DNA of 60,705 nucleotides from a virus (taxonomy: Duplodnaviria; Caudoviricetes), in the IMG/VR virus record IMGVR_UViG_3300024999_000109, positions 1 to 60,705 of that record, one strand, 5' to 3'. Shown here one piece after another: positions 8,812-18,304 of the stretch. A model generated the notes under the pieces. It saw only the letters and a list, made by a program, of their open reading frames with translations, was not told the origin of the DNA and made no database searches. Numbering within the stretch: position 1 is the stretch's first letter; each line of letters starts with the position of its first letter. The translations under genes and the position numbers were made by a program.

Positions 8812-8873
8812 TACCTCAGCTCCCGGAACTGATCGGCAGGGCAATAATGGAAATCGAACGGAGGAAACGATGA
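8340..8873 (+). CDS. C5 cytosine methyltransferase frame B (motifs IV, VI, VIII, X); no start codon upstream of motif IV
   Basis: After TAA 8337-8339: VICGGFPCQDIS...LLENV...QLRDR...KAIGNSVVPQ. Confidence 0.75.
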   Translation, partial: VICGGFPCQDISNAGKCAGISGERSGLWKHLCEGIRVVRPLYALLENVAALLKRGLSTILGDLAEIGYDAEWHCIPASYVGARQLRDRAWIVANPECNSVQGRTVIWEAWQKTTRAEQLAGLVQPCAWPTVSSAGNSGTGHGIPNGVERNKAIGNSVVPQLPELIGRAIMEIERRKR

Positions 8874-9036
8874 TAAACCCAATAAAAAACCCAGTAATAA
8901 CCGGCTGCATAATCTCCATAATCTTCGCCCTGATCGTCGGCTTTTCAGCCATCGCTGCGAAGCGGGCCGCGGTGCTGATCATCGAGCGGGTTGAGGCGGT
9001 TAGTGGTTATGGAATTGACGAAACGGAGGCAACGAA

Positions 9037-9237
9037 ATGACTGACACGCAATCATCAGAGCAAGGCGGAGGCTGGACAGAAGAAAAGCCAAAAGAGGCCG
9101 GGTGGTATTGGTGCAAAAGGAATGACAAATATTCGCTTGCTGGAATTGTTCGCATTCCCGAGTTTAGCCTAGGCACGATAATGGACGGCTATTTGTGGAG
9201 TGCAAAATTAGAGCCACCTACGGAGGCCCCAAAATGA
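9037..9237 (+). CDS. Hypothetical protein
   Basis: GGAGG RBS; WTEEKPKEAGWYW motif. Confidence 0.65.
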   Translation: MTDTQSSEQGGGWTEEKPKEAGWYWCKRNDKYSLAGIVRIPEFSLGTIMDGYLWSAKLEPPTEAPK

Positions 9238-9866
9238 CCAGCTATCTAAGAAAGAAAAACAGAGTGGTTTTCATCGGCCGTCTCCAGGAAGCGGCCATCG
9301 AATTTCTCCTCTCCCGCGCTCCCCTGTGTGCAGCCGGCGTAACGGTTTTGATATGGGCGCTGATTATCTTCGGGTTGGTTGAGGCTTGCGGGAAATGAAC
9401 GATCCATAGCACAGCAGTTTCTACCCTTCACGGCCGGTCTATCTCCTCCTTAGTCCTTTCCCGGCACAGGTCGCTCGCCACGACCGAAAGCTGCTGATGG
9501 TGATGCCCGCCCCATACCTGAAAAGGATGGGGTTAAGGCAGTAGACAGGGCGGAAAGCCCATTTTTGAACGGCAACGCCGAAGGAATGGTCCAACGGGTT
9601 GAGATGAAAAGTTTAGCGACGGAGGCCAGCCATGCACCGCGCCGGGGAAAGCCCGGCATCTTTAACCATCAACCGCCATGTGGCGACAAATACAACAGGG
9701 AGAATGAGATGGCAAAAGGCCTGATAGCGATAGTCGGCTGGCAGGAGTGCCACAAGTGCATAAACCTGGGCCGCGAGAACAAGTGCAAATTCCGGGACTC
9801 AGTGAAGTTGAATTTGAAAATGGATGGGCCGTATATCCGGTGCGGGTTGTTCAAGGAGATTGATAA

Positions 9867-10313
9867 ATGCGAATCCTAGCCCTCGACCTCGCCACAAAAA
9901 CCGGATGGGCAACCAACGACCCAGAGTGCTCCGGAGTGGATACTTTCGACGTTCGCCGCGGCGAATCACCAGGTACCCGTTATCTCAGGTTCACCTCCTG
10001 GCTGCGCGAGAAGATCCGCATAATCGAACCCGAGTTGATCATTTTTGAAAAAGCCCATCACCGCGGCGGGGCGGCAACTGAAATAGCTGCAGGGTTTGCC
10101 ACTCATCTACAGTCAACCTGTGCTGACCTGGACATTGACCATACCAGCGTCCACACAGCGACACTGAAGAAACATGCTACCGGCAAGGGAAACGCCAGTA
10201 AGGAAGTTATGATGGCCGCATATCGCGGAAGATTCCAAGTTGAGCCACAGGACGACAACGAGTGTGATGCCCGGTGGCTCTTAGATTACGCAAAGGTCAA
10301 TTACGGCCGATAA
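9867..10313 (+). CDS. RuvC-like Holliday junction resolvase
   Basis: MRILALDLATKTGWA; IIFE; LKKHATGKGNASK; DDNECDA. Confidence 0.85.
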   Translation: MRILALDLATKTGWATNDPECSGVDTFDVRRGESPGTRYLRFTSWLREKIRIIEPELIIFEKAHHRGGAATEIAAGFATHLQSTCADLDIDHTSVHTATLKKHATGKGNASKEVMMAAYRGRFQVEPQDDNECDARWLLDYAKVNYGR

Positions 10314-10518
10314 GGAGAAATACTGCCGTTTTCTGACACTCAGATGGATGACGAAGCCGAACGCGACCGGAATATAAAAAAGATGTCCCGCGTAATGGCT
10401 GGAGAAACATCAGCACTGTAGAAAAAGCGGCGGATAGAGGCAAAAGCCAGGGTGTTGCGGGTGGCTTCGCTGCCGCCGAGGGAAAGGGCCGCTAATGGCC
10501 GAGCCAAGGAGAGATTCG

Positions 10519-10752
10519 ATGAAATTTGAAACCAAGTTTCGCAAAGAGCAGAGGGAGGCAAAATTGGCCGTAAAAAACAGGGGAACGGTCCTGTGGGTAT
10601 CCTGTTACATCAACCAGTACGGCGAGAAGGTGCAGGTAGATGGCACACGCAGGTACAAAACCGCCAGATACGGCAAGGCTGAAAAGAAAGCATTTAAGCG
10701 GCGGTCACATCAGCGTGGGTATTACGCAGCCCAGAGAGTACCGGCATTTTAA
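10519..10752 (+). CDS. Hypothetical basic protein
   Basis: AAGGAG RBS, ATG 10519. Confidence 0.6.
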   Translation: MKFETKFRKEQREAKLAVKNRGTVLWVSCYINQYGEKVQVDGTRRYKTARYGKAEKKAFKRRSHQRGYYAAQRVPAF

Positions 10753-10860
10753 CCACAACCGGCCCTACCGAGTCAACGGTAAGGGCCGGGACAAACAGGG
10801 GCGAGCAGAAGCATCATAACACGGGAGGGAGATGATGGGCAAGGATTTTAGGTGGTGGGT

Positions 10861-11391
10861 ATGACCGGCCCGAGCGGATGGAAAAGCCCGAAGAAAAAGC
10901 CCGATTACAGTGTATTCCCAGACGAAAAGCCGCTTACAGACTACTCGGGGTTTAAAAAAGAAAACGGGCGGCTGACAATTATACGCCCTGCTTACGTCAT
11001 GAGACTGGCCAATGGTAGCCGTCAATGGTTTTACGAGGCAGAATGTTCATGCGGCAGAAAGGTGACTCTTTCTAATGTTTTGCAAAGTCTTAGCTGTGGT
11101 TGTCTGCGGTCCGAGAGGGTAGCGGAGGAAAACGGAAAGCGCAGAGCGGCAAAAGCAGAAGGCATAAAGGTAAAGAAGTCAACCAGGGCAAGCAGAATGC
11201 CAGCCATGCCGAAAGTCAAATTCGACAGGCAGAAAGTCTGCATAAAAAACCAGATAACTTGCATCCATTATCGTGAATGCTGTGATGAACGCCTAGAGGG
11301 TAAGCCAACGTCATCGCGCTATCAACCAGACGGCGGATGCTACACGGCTGGCCGGGATGAGCGGCGATACATGGAGGGTATTGCGCCATGA
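10861..11391 (+). CDS. Cys-rich protein with an HNH/AP2-endonuclease-type N-terminal zinc module
   Basis: GRLTII...ECSCG...SCGC; no nuclease core seen. Confidence 0.55.
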   Translation: MTGPSGWKSPKKKPDYSVFPDEKPLTDYSGFKKENGRLTIIRPAYVMRLANGSRQWFYEAECSCGRKVTLSNVLQSLSCGCLRSERVAEENGKRRAAKAEGIKVKKSTRASRMPAMPKVKFDRQKVCIKNQITCIHYRECCDERLEGKPTSSRYQPDGGCYTAGRDERRYMEGIAP

Positions 11392-11834
11392 AAACCGTAA
11401 CAATGCGCACCCTCGATGATCTCGATGTGGTTGCCAGAGAGGTCCGTGAGTGCTTCGACAAAAACGGCTCGGTAGAGGTGACATTCTGCCCTGCCGATAA
11501 GCCGAAAAAAGGCAGGACGTGGAAGCAAAACAAATCTCTGCACCTGTATTGCACGACCATTGCCGAAAAAATGAACGCAGCAGGGATAACACAGCGGGAG
11601 CTTGTCGGTAAATTCCGGGATGGCTTTGAACTGCCTGTCGAGATGCACATGGTTAAGGCCATTTTCCGGGAAGTCGGAAAGGCATTGTACCAAAAGGAAT
11701 CTACCGCTGATCTGGAGACGGTCGAGATGATCAAAGTCTATGAGGTGGTCGACCAAAGATTTGGGGAAATCGTCGGCATTCGGGCTGAATGGCCGAGCAT
11801 GGACTCGTTAATGGGAGAACGGGTGGAGCCATGA
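11388..11834 (+). CDS. NinB-like recombination protein
   Basis: RTWKQNKSLHLYCTTIA; STADL motif. Confidence 0.5.
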   Translation: MKTVTMRTLDDLDVVAREVRECFDKNGSVEVTFCPADKPKKGRTWKQNKSLHLYCTTIAEKMNAAGITQRELVGKFRDGFELPVEMHMVKAIFREVGKALYQKESTADLETVEMIKVYEVVDQRFGEIVGIRAEWPSMDSLMGERVEP

Positions 11835-12012
11835 AGATTACCGAGGAAGAGCATAAACACCACCTGAAGTCCAAAACTCAGAACGAAATCGACTTCATCC
11901 TCGGCACGATCCTAGAGGCCGAGAACAAGCCAAGGAACATCATCTCAGGGACGCTTGACGAGGTGCTGGAGCATATACGCAATACTGATTTTGCGGGGCG
12001 GAGGAAAAAACG

Positions 12013-12210
12013 ATGAAACAACGAGAAGATTGTTCAATTTGCAATGCAACCGGCCTATGCGATGAACTTGGCGGGGAAGAAAGTGCATGTATGATCTGCA
12101 ATGGCAAAGGGTATATCGAGTGGGATTACGACCCGTCGCCATATTGCTCGTGCTGTGGGGCGATGAAGAAAGCCAACTGCCATTGCGGGCCAATACCGGA
12201 TAATGATTGA
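12013..12210 (+). CDS. Small Cys-rich protein with DnaJ-like zinc motifs
   Basis: CSICNATG, CMICNGKG. Confidence 0.6.
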   Translation: MKQREDCSICNATGLCDELGGEESACMICNGKGYIEWDYDPSPYCSCCGAMKKANCHCGPIPDND

Positions 12211-12216
12211 GGATAC

Positions 12217-12513
12217 ATGAGGCCAAAACAACCAAGAATAGCCCTATCAAAAGCGAAGTACCGCAAGCTCAAGGAGTACATTTTCGAGCGGGACAACTAC
12301 TGCTGTGTGTGGTGCGGCAATCCAAGCAACCTGACCGCAGCGCACATAATCAGGCGAAGCGCAGGGGGCCCCGATAGCCCAAACAATGTCGTAACTGGGT
12401 GCTGTGTTTCGATACAGGGCGGCAAGGGATGCCACGACAGATTTGATCAATACGAAATTGGCTTGCCTGACCATATCGCTGAGATGCTGGCCGGCGAGCC
12501 GGAAGAAATTTAA
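12217..12513 (+). CDS. HNH endonuclease
   Basis: RDNYCCVWCG; AHIIRRSAGG; NNVV; CHDRFD. Confidence 0.85.
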   Translation: MRPKQPRIALSKAKYRKLKEYIFERDNYCCVWCGNPSNLTAAHIIRRSAGGPDSPNNVVTGCCVSIQGGKGCHDRFDQYEIGLPDHIAEMLAGEPEEI

Positions 12514-12524
12514 CGGAGGAAATA

Positions 12525-13547
12525 ATGTTCAAGAAAGCAGTGAAAGAAAAACTAAAGTGCCGTCTCGCCATCGAAGGCCCGAGTGGTAGCGGAAAATCAT
12601 ACTCAGCCCTGCTCATCGCCCGCGGGCTGGTAGGTGATGAGGGCAGGATAGCGATGATCGACACGGAAAAGGAGAGCGGTAAACTGTACGCCGACGTGAC
12701 CGAGTTTGATCATGCGACCCTCAACGAGCCATACACCCCGGAACGCTATATCTCCCTCATCGACATGGCGAAGGGGTATGACTGCATCATCATCGACAGC
12801 ATGTCTCATGAGTGGGTCGGGGCTGGCGGAATCTTGGAAATTCACGACAAGATGCCGGGAAATTCGTGGACGAACTGGTCGAAGTGCAATCCGCGCCACG
12901 ATGCGTTTATCAATGCCATCCTCAAAGCTCCATGCCACGTCATCGTAACACTACGAAGCAAGCAGTCATATACTCAGGACGAGGACGCGAGCGGCAAGAA
13001 ACAGGTAAAGAAACTCGGCCTCGCACCTCAGCAGCGTGACGGGATCGAGTACGAACTGACCGCCGTTCTGAAGATGGACGTTTCCCACCAGGCAGAGGGC
13101 GACAAGGACCGCACCGGGCTTTTCCCGATTGGAACATGGTTCACTCCATCGGTAGAGACTGGCAAAACTCTTGCCGCGTTTTTGGACGCAGGGGTGGTGC
13201 CAGAGGTCAGACCAGAGCAACCCATACAACCACACCAACCAGAGCCTGAAATAACGGCATGGGAAGATTTAGCGGCCATCGTGGATGAGTGGGAGAAAGA
13301 GGCCGACAAGAACGACAAAACGGTTGATACCCTGGGTGAGTGGTACAAGAAGAATGCCGATAAAATAAAAGCTCTCCCGTTGCCGGCAAGGACCAAGATC
13401 AACGCCTACGTGAAGCAGTTGAAGGAGGCAAAGGCCGCGCCCGTGTCATGGGAGTGCCCGCGTGGCGGCAAGGTTACGACGGTTGAGTGCGAGGCGTGTG
13501 AAGCATCGGCTGATTGCGAAAATTATCAATCGAAACTGAAAAAATAA
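12525..13547 (+). CDS. Sak4-like AAA ATPase recombinase
   Basis: GPSGSGKS; IDTE; IIIDSMSHEW; EYELT. Confidence 0.85.
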   Translation: MFKKAVKEKLKCRLAIEGPSGSGKSYSALLIARGLVGDEGRIAMIDTEKESGKLYADVTEFDHATLNEPYTPERYISLIDMAKGYDCIIIDSMSHEWVGAGGILEIHDKMPGNSWTNWSKCNPRHDAFINAILKAPCHVIVTLRSKQSYTQDEDASGKKQVKKLGLAPQQRDGIEYELTAVLKMDVSHQAEGDKDRTGLFPIGTWFTPSVETGKTLAAFLDAGVVPEVRPEQPIQPHQPEPEITAWEDLAAIVDEWEKEADKNDKTVDTLGEWYKKNADKIKALPLPARTKINAYVKQLKEAKAAPVSWECPRGGKVTTVECEACEASADCENYQSKLKK

Positions 13548-13586
13548 ATAAACCAACCAGCGCAACCGCTGGAATGAGGTGTGATA

Positions 13587-13972
13587 TGTGCGAAATTAAA
13601 ACTGGGGATGAAGTGCTGGTATGCGGCAGCGTGGAAGTCAACGATATAAGGATATTCTTATACACCGCAAAAGACGGAAGGCATGTATGTCAAAAACGGG
13701 AAAACTGGGAGGAAGGCAAGATAAATTACGTCACAACTTGGAACGAAATCAAGCCAGCCCCCAAATACGAAACGCGGGTACTCGGGCCGGTGGCGATGAT
13801 GGAGGCGTTGATTGACCATGGGTTTACGTGTGATGAGTGTGGAGACTGGCAAGACCCGTCCGGCAGTTATGTTTTTGATTCTTCAATGTTCTGGATTTGC
13901 GGCAAGTCAACGAAAGACAGCGGATGGGAATGGAAAGAGTGGATGCTAGAAAAAATTGAGGTGAAACCATGA
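13587..13972 (+). CDS. Hypothetical protein
   Basis: GAGGTG RBS before MCEIKTG. Confidence 0.6.
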
Positions 13973-14172
13973 AATCAAGAGCAATCCTGAAAGCAGTAAC
14001 CAGAGCACAGCTTTTCATCCAATCCGCCCGCGCCTACCTCCAGGCAGAGCGCACCTACACCGACGCGCACCATGTCGCGCCGGGGCCTCGGTCGCTGCCG
14101 GTGGAGTCGGGGAATTTGAGGCGGAGTAGTTTGGATTTAACGCTGGCCTTGGCAGAGGTTCGACGGTCATGA
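13969..14172 (+). CDS. Hypothetical protein
   Basis: ATGA coupling on both sides. Confidence 0.6.
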   Translation: MKSRAILKAVTRAQLFIQSARAYLQAERTYTDAHHVAPGPRSLPVESGNLRRSSLDLTLALAEVRRS

Positions 14173-14912
14173 AACATCGTGAGGAAATAATCGGGGATTG
14201 CCGGTTGATACTGGGGGATTGTGCCGAAGTGATAAAGACATTGCCGAAGGTTGATGCGGTTATAACCGATCCTCCTTACGGAGATAGCGATACTCATGAT
14301 GGGCATCTCTCAAAGGTGACATTAAAGAATGGAGAACCTGCCCGGCAGGTTCTCGGGTTCGCTGGTATAAATTCAGTGGATATGCAGGAGATTGTTAGTC
14401 AGTGGCTTAAAATATGCACAGGATGGGTTGTGTTTACCTGTGAATGGAAATTCTGTAATGAACTTGATAATGCAGGATATCTAATCCGTTTTGGAATATG
14501 GAGAAAACCAGACGGTGCCCCTCAATTTACCGGAGACAGACCGGGAACGGGTTGGGAGGCTGTAGCTATATGCCACAACAAAGGGAGAAAGAAGTGGAAT
14601 GGTGGGGGAAAACATGGTTTCTGGATATGGCCCAAAGGAGAGAATAAAAGCGGGCACCCTACAGGCAAACCAATAGGTTTATTCCAAGACTTTATAAAAG
14701 ATTTTACATCAAAAGGGCATGTAATCCTCGACCCATTCATGGGCAGCGGCACAACCGGAGTAGCCTGCGTAAATCTAGGCCGGAAATTCATCGGAATTGA
14801 GATCGAAGAGAAGTATTTCGACATCGCTTGCCGAAGAATAGAGAAGGCCACAAAGAACAAACCGCGCCTATTCGACGCACTACCTAAGCCTAAACAAATG
14901 GCGCTGATATAG
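14169..14912 (+). CDS. DNA N6-adenine/N4-cytosine methyltransferase, beta class
   Basis: ITDPPY precedes HPTGKP and ILDPFMGSGTTG. Confidence 0.92.
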   Translation: MKHREEIIGDCRLILGDCAEVIKTLPKVDAVITDPPYGDSDTHDGHLSKVTLKNGEPARQVLGFAGINSVDMQEIVSQWLKICTGWVVFTCEWKFCNELDNAGYLIRFGIWRKPDGAPQFTGDRPGTGWEAVAICHNKGRKKWNGGGKHGFWIWPKGENKSGHPTGKPIGLFQDFIKDFTSKGHVILDPFMGSGTTGVACVNLGRKFIGIEIEEKYFDIACRRIEKATKNKPRLFDALPKPKQMALI

Positions 14913-14938
14913 CCACCGAAGTACCAACAGGAGGAATT

Positions 14939-15739
14939 ATGGACGTAAAATATACAAGCGATGGGAAAAAGGTGGTCGTAGTTGGCCAGTTAAACACACA
15001 AGAAACTATCGTGCAGGAGGTGTTTTGCAAGTCAGACGGTGCCGAGATTCCATCCGGGCAAAACTTTGTTGTAAAATCGTTGCACGACGAGCCGGTTGTA
15101 TCGTGGCAGGAGAAGAGAAAGAAGGATATAGATGAGGCTTACGAGCGGGCCAGGGCCGCGTATGAGCGTGAGGAGAAGTCGCTAAGGTTGAAATATCGGG
15201 AAGAATTAATGGTGCTCAGATCCCTGACTAAAAAGACAAAAGAGTATCAAAAACTTGGGGATCTCGGAGAGACGATAACAAAGTTTATGGCAGGTGAAAT
15301 TACCCATCTAGTCGTCAAAGAGTATGGAGATTACGCAATAACCGAATTTGGTAGCTCTATTGCCGAAAACGATTTTGAAGAAATAAAACTATTGACCTTA
15401 TTCGGTGGCACAAAACAGGGCTTGCAGTGGAGGTTAAATCATTACAGAGATGGATCTGGGTCCGACACAGACGTATACCCAGCCACATCTATTGACGATG
15501 CAAAGCAGATAATCGAAGGCTTGATATCAGCCGACATCACAAAGGGTAAAGGTGCTACCGATAGCATGATAAAGGCAAAAAAGGTGTACGGGTTGTCTGT
15601 GCCATCACAGGAGGAAATATCCGAGAAATACAAAAAAGATCTCGCCTACATCAGGGAAAGAATAGCAAAAGCTGCTGGCGATTTGGATAAAATAAAGGCG
15701 CAAGAAATTGAATTGATGGAGAAGGCGGCTCTTAAATAA
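14939..15739 (+). CDS. Hypothetical coiled-coil phage protein
   Basis: 266-aa ORF with GGAGG RBS. Confidence 0.75.
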   Translation: MDVKYTSDGKKVVVVGQLNTQETIVQEVFCKSDGAEIPSGQNFVVKSLHDEPVVSWQEKRKKDIDEAYERARAAYEREEKSLRLKYREELMVLRSLTKKTKEYQKLGDLGETITKFMAGEITHLVVKEYGDYAITEFGSSIAENDFEEIKLLTLFGGTKQGLQWRLNHYRDGSGSDTDVYPATSIDDAKQIIEGLISADITKGKGATDSMIKAKKVYGLSVPSQEEISEKYKKDLAYIRERIAKAAGDLDKIKAQEIELMEKAALK

Positions 15740-15909
15740 CCACAATTTGTAACAAAAATAATCGCCTTTTCAGTCTTACAATTGACGATAAAAACTTGTC
15801 CTCTATGCTGGGCGAGGTAAAGTTAAATATCAGTTCGGTTGGCTACCGAATACACAATCTGATGAATGCTATGAAATCATGAAAACAAACTCCGAAAATC
15901 TAATATCTG

Positions 15910-16000
15910 AAGGCAGGAAACTGACCACGCCATCAAGGGACGCAGCGTATCATAGCGCGCTGCTAAAAGCCCTTGCGGTCAGTTTCCTGCCTTTTTTTAT
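15910..16000 (+). terminator. Long branched hairpin terminator (C4-like RNA or attenuator candidate)
   Basis: aaggcaggaaactgacc / ggtcagtttcctgcctt stem plus T-run; inner caaggg/cccttg and gcagcg/cgctgc stems. Confidence 0.75.
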
Positions 16001-16154
16001 TCGGTGTCTCGCATGAAAAAGAAGAAGCCAAAGAAGCTCGAATGGGCCGATAGGTTGCGTCTTTATTCAGAAGAAAAACGCGCCATAATGGATTCAACGA
16101 CGGAATGGAATGAAGCCATCCATCAAAAACTGATTAAAAAATACAGGATTTGAC

Positions 16155-16946
16155 ATGGAAAAGGACGCATTCTATTTCCCCCATTTTTGCAATGCCAGGA
16201 ATGATCGAAAGATTAAAAGACTCCGAAAGGAACTCGGAATAGAGGGATACGGGATATTCTTTATGGTGCTCGAGGTGCTCAGAGAACAGACCGACTACAA
16301 ATATCCGATTGACGATATTGATCTACTCGCAGATGAGTTTTGTACGAGCGAACAAAAGGTCAGGACGGTGGTCACAAATTACGATCTTTTCAGGGTCGAT
16401 TCAAAGAAAAAACTGTTTTCAGCGAAGTTGATTACATATTTGCAGCCAATGTTGGAAAGAAGGGAAAAAGCAAAGGTTGCGTCAATGATAAGGTGGGATA
16501 AATACAAAGCACAGTTAAATCAAGATGATATCTCGAATGCTCAAGCATTGCTCACGCATAGCTCAAGCAATGCCCAAGCTATGCAAGGAAAGGAAAGGAA
16601 AGGAAAGGAAAGTATTATAAGGCCGGACTTTATCTCCGAGAAGTCTTGGAATGATTTATTGACTCACAGAAAAGAGAAAAGAGCATCAAGGTCAAAACGA
16701 GCGATTGACACCTTGACTGGTGAAATTGAGAAAGCAGTTTCCGCCGGATTTTCGGTTGACCAGTGTATTGACGAGATGGTCAACCGGAATTGGACAGGGT
16801 TTAAAGCTGAGTGGATGGAGAACTCGAGGCCAAGGGCCGCGGCAACAGGGGCCAAAAATTGTCCACAGTGCGAATACCTCGCCCGCGGTAAGTGTGATGG
16901 GAAAAAAGAGAAATGTACAGCATTTATCAAGGTGGTGAACCAATGA
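16155..16946 (+). CDS. Phage replication initiator (DUF4373/Lin1244-like N-terminus)
   Basis: FYFPH..ARNDRKIKRL..EGYGIFFMVLEVL; directly upstream of the helicase. Confidence 0.8.
   Translation: MEKDAFYFPHFCNARNDRKIKRLRKELGIEGYGIFFMVLEVLREQTDYKYPIDDIDLLADEFCTSEQKVRTVVTNYDLFRVDSKKKLFSAKLITYLQPMLERREKAKVASMIRWDKYKAQLNQDDISNAQALLTHSSSNAQAMQGKERKGKESIIRPDFISEKSWNDLLTHRKEKRASRSKRAIDTLTGEIEKAVSAGFSVDQCIDEMVNRNWTGFKAEWMENSRPRAAATGAKNCPQCEYLARGKCDGKKEKCTAFIKVVNQ
16538..16611 (+). repeat. Candidate origin: four 11-bp iterons followed by (GGAAA)x5
   Basis: tgctcaagcat, tgctcacgcat, agctcaagcaa, tgcccaagcta in tandem inside the initiator gene. Confidence 0.7.
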
Positions 16947-18274
16947 CCGCGCCAATCAGAATACCACCGCAGAACCTCGAGGCAGAGCGGGAAATACTCG
17001 GGACGGCAATTCAGATGCCGCGGTCTTTGCCTTTAATCTTGTCTGAACTTTCAGGTGATGAATTTTACAGACCGCAGCACAAAAGTATTTTTGAGGCAAT
17101 CAAAACACTCTACGCCGCGGGGCAAAATGTTGACTTGGTAACTATCGTTGACCAGTTGAGAAGGGCCGATGAGGTTGATTATTGTGGCGGGCCTGCATAT
17201 ATCGCCGGATTGGCGAATGAGATGCCGTCAATTCTCAGGGTTTCAAGCCACTGTCGCATCGTCAAGGAGCGGGCCGCGGCTCGAGATCTCATAACGCTCG
17301 CCGCGGAGATGGCAGAGGAATGCTACTCGTGCAACGACATCAAGGATATTGTCGATGGATTTGGCAAAAGGTTTTTCGATATCGCCGCGGAGAAAAACAA
17401 ATCTGCTCGAGCAATATCTGAGATATTCCCTGGACTGCTCGAGCAGATGAAAAAACGGTGCGAAAGCGGATCAGGAATGTCCGGCGCCTCGTGCGGCTTT
17501 CCCGATATCGACAGAATACTTTCCGGCCTGTCGGATTCAGACCTGATCATAATCGCCGGCCGGCCGTCAATGGGGAAAACCACTCTTGCGATGAATATGG
17601 CTCAGTCAATGGCCTTTGACGGAAAAACAGTCTTGGTCTTTAGCCTCGAGATGGACGACCGTAAGCTGGTTGAAAGGTTGATCTCGAGCGATTCAGGGGT
17701 GAATCTGAAATCAATCAGGGATGGACTTCTCAATGACACAACCTGGCCGATGGTGATGAGGTCAGTCTCGAGGTTCAGCCAGAAAAAGTTGATTATTGAT
17801 GAATCAAGCGGTTTGTCGATCACTCAGGTACGAGCTAGAGCAAAGATGCAGAAATCAAAAACCGGGCTTGATGTCATCTTTGTCGATTACCTTCAATTGA
17901 TGCGCGGCACAGGTGGAAACCGGGAGCAGGAGATTGCCGACATCGCCCGCGGGCTGAAAGGGCTTGCCAAGGAATTAAATATTCCGGTTGTCGCACTTTC
18001 CCAGTTAAGCCGTAAATGCGACGAGCGGAGCGATAAGCGGCCGGTAATGTCAGACTTGAGGGAGAGCGGGTCGATTGAGCAGGATGCCGATATCGTTGCT
18101 TTCGTTTATCGGGACGAGATTTACAATACCTCGCCAGACAATCCAATGCGGGGAATGGCTGAGTTTATCGTGCGGAAAAATAGGAGCGGGGAAACTGGAA
18201 CGGTTGAGCTCTATTTCCGCGGCGAATGCACTCTGTTTCAGAATAAGGCAAACCCTTATACCGAAGAGGTTTGA
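16943..18274 (+). CDS. dnaB: Replicative DNA helicase
   Basis: PPQNLEAE; AGRPSMGKT; FSLEM; VDYLQL; LSQLSR; DLRESGSIEQDAD; KNRSG. Confidence 0.96.
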   Translation: MTAPIRIPPQNLEAEREILGTAIQMPRSLPLILSELSGDEFYRPQHKSIFEAIKTLYAAGQNVDLVTIVDQLRRADEVDYCGGPAYIAGLANEMPSILRVSSHCRIVKERAAARDLITLAAEMAEECYSCNDIKDIVDGFGKRFFDIAAEKNKSARAISEIFPGLLEQMKKRCESGSGMSGASCGFPDIDRILSGLSDSDLIIIAGRPSMGKTTLAMNMAQSMAFDGKTVLVFSLEMDDRKLVERLISSDSGVNLKSIRDGLLNDTTWPMVMRSVSRFSQKKLIIDESSGLSITQVRARAKMQKSKTGLDVIFVDYLQLMRGTGGNREQEIADIARGLKGLAKELNIPVVALSQLSRKCDERSDKRPVMSDLRESGSIEQDADIVAFVYRDEIYNTSPDNPMRGMAEFIVRKNRSGETGTVELYFRGECTLFQNKANPYTEEV

Positions 18275-18304
18275 GGGCACAAGCATAACCGAGCGGAGGG
18301 TAAA

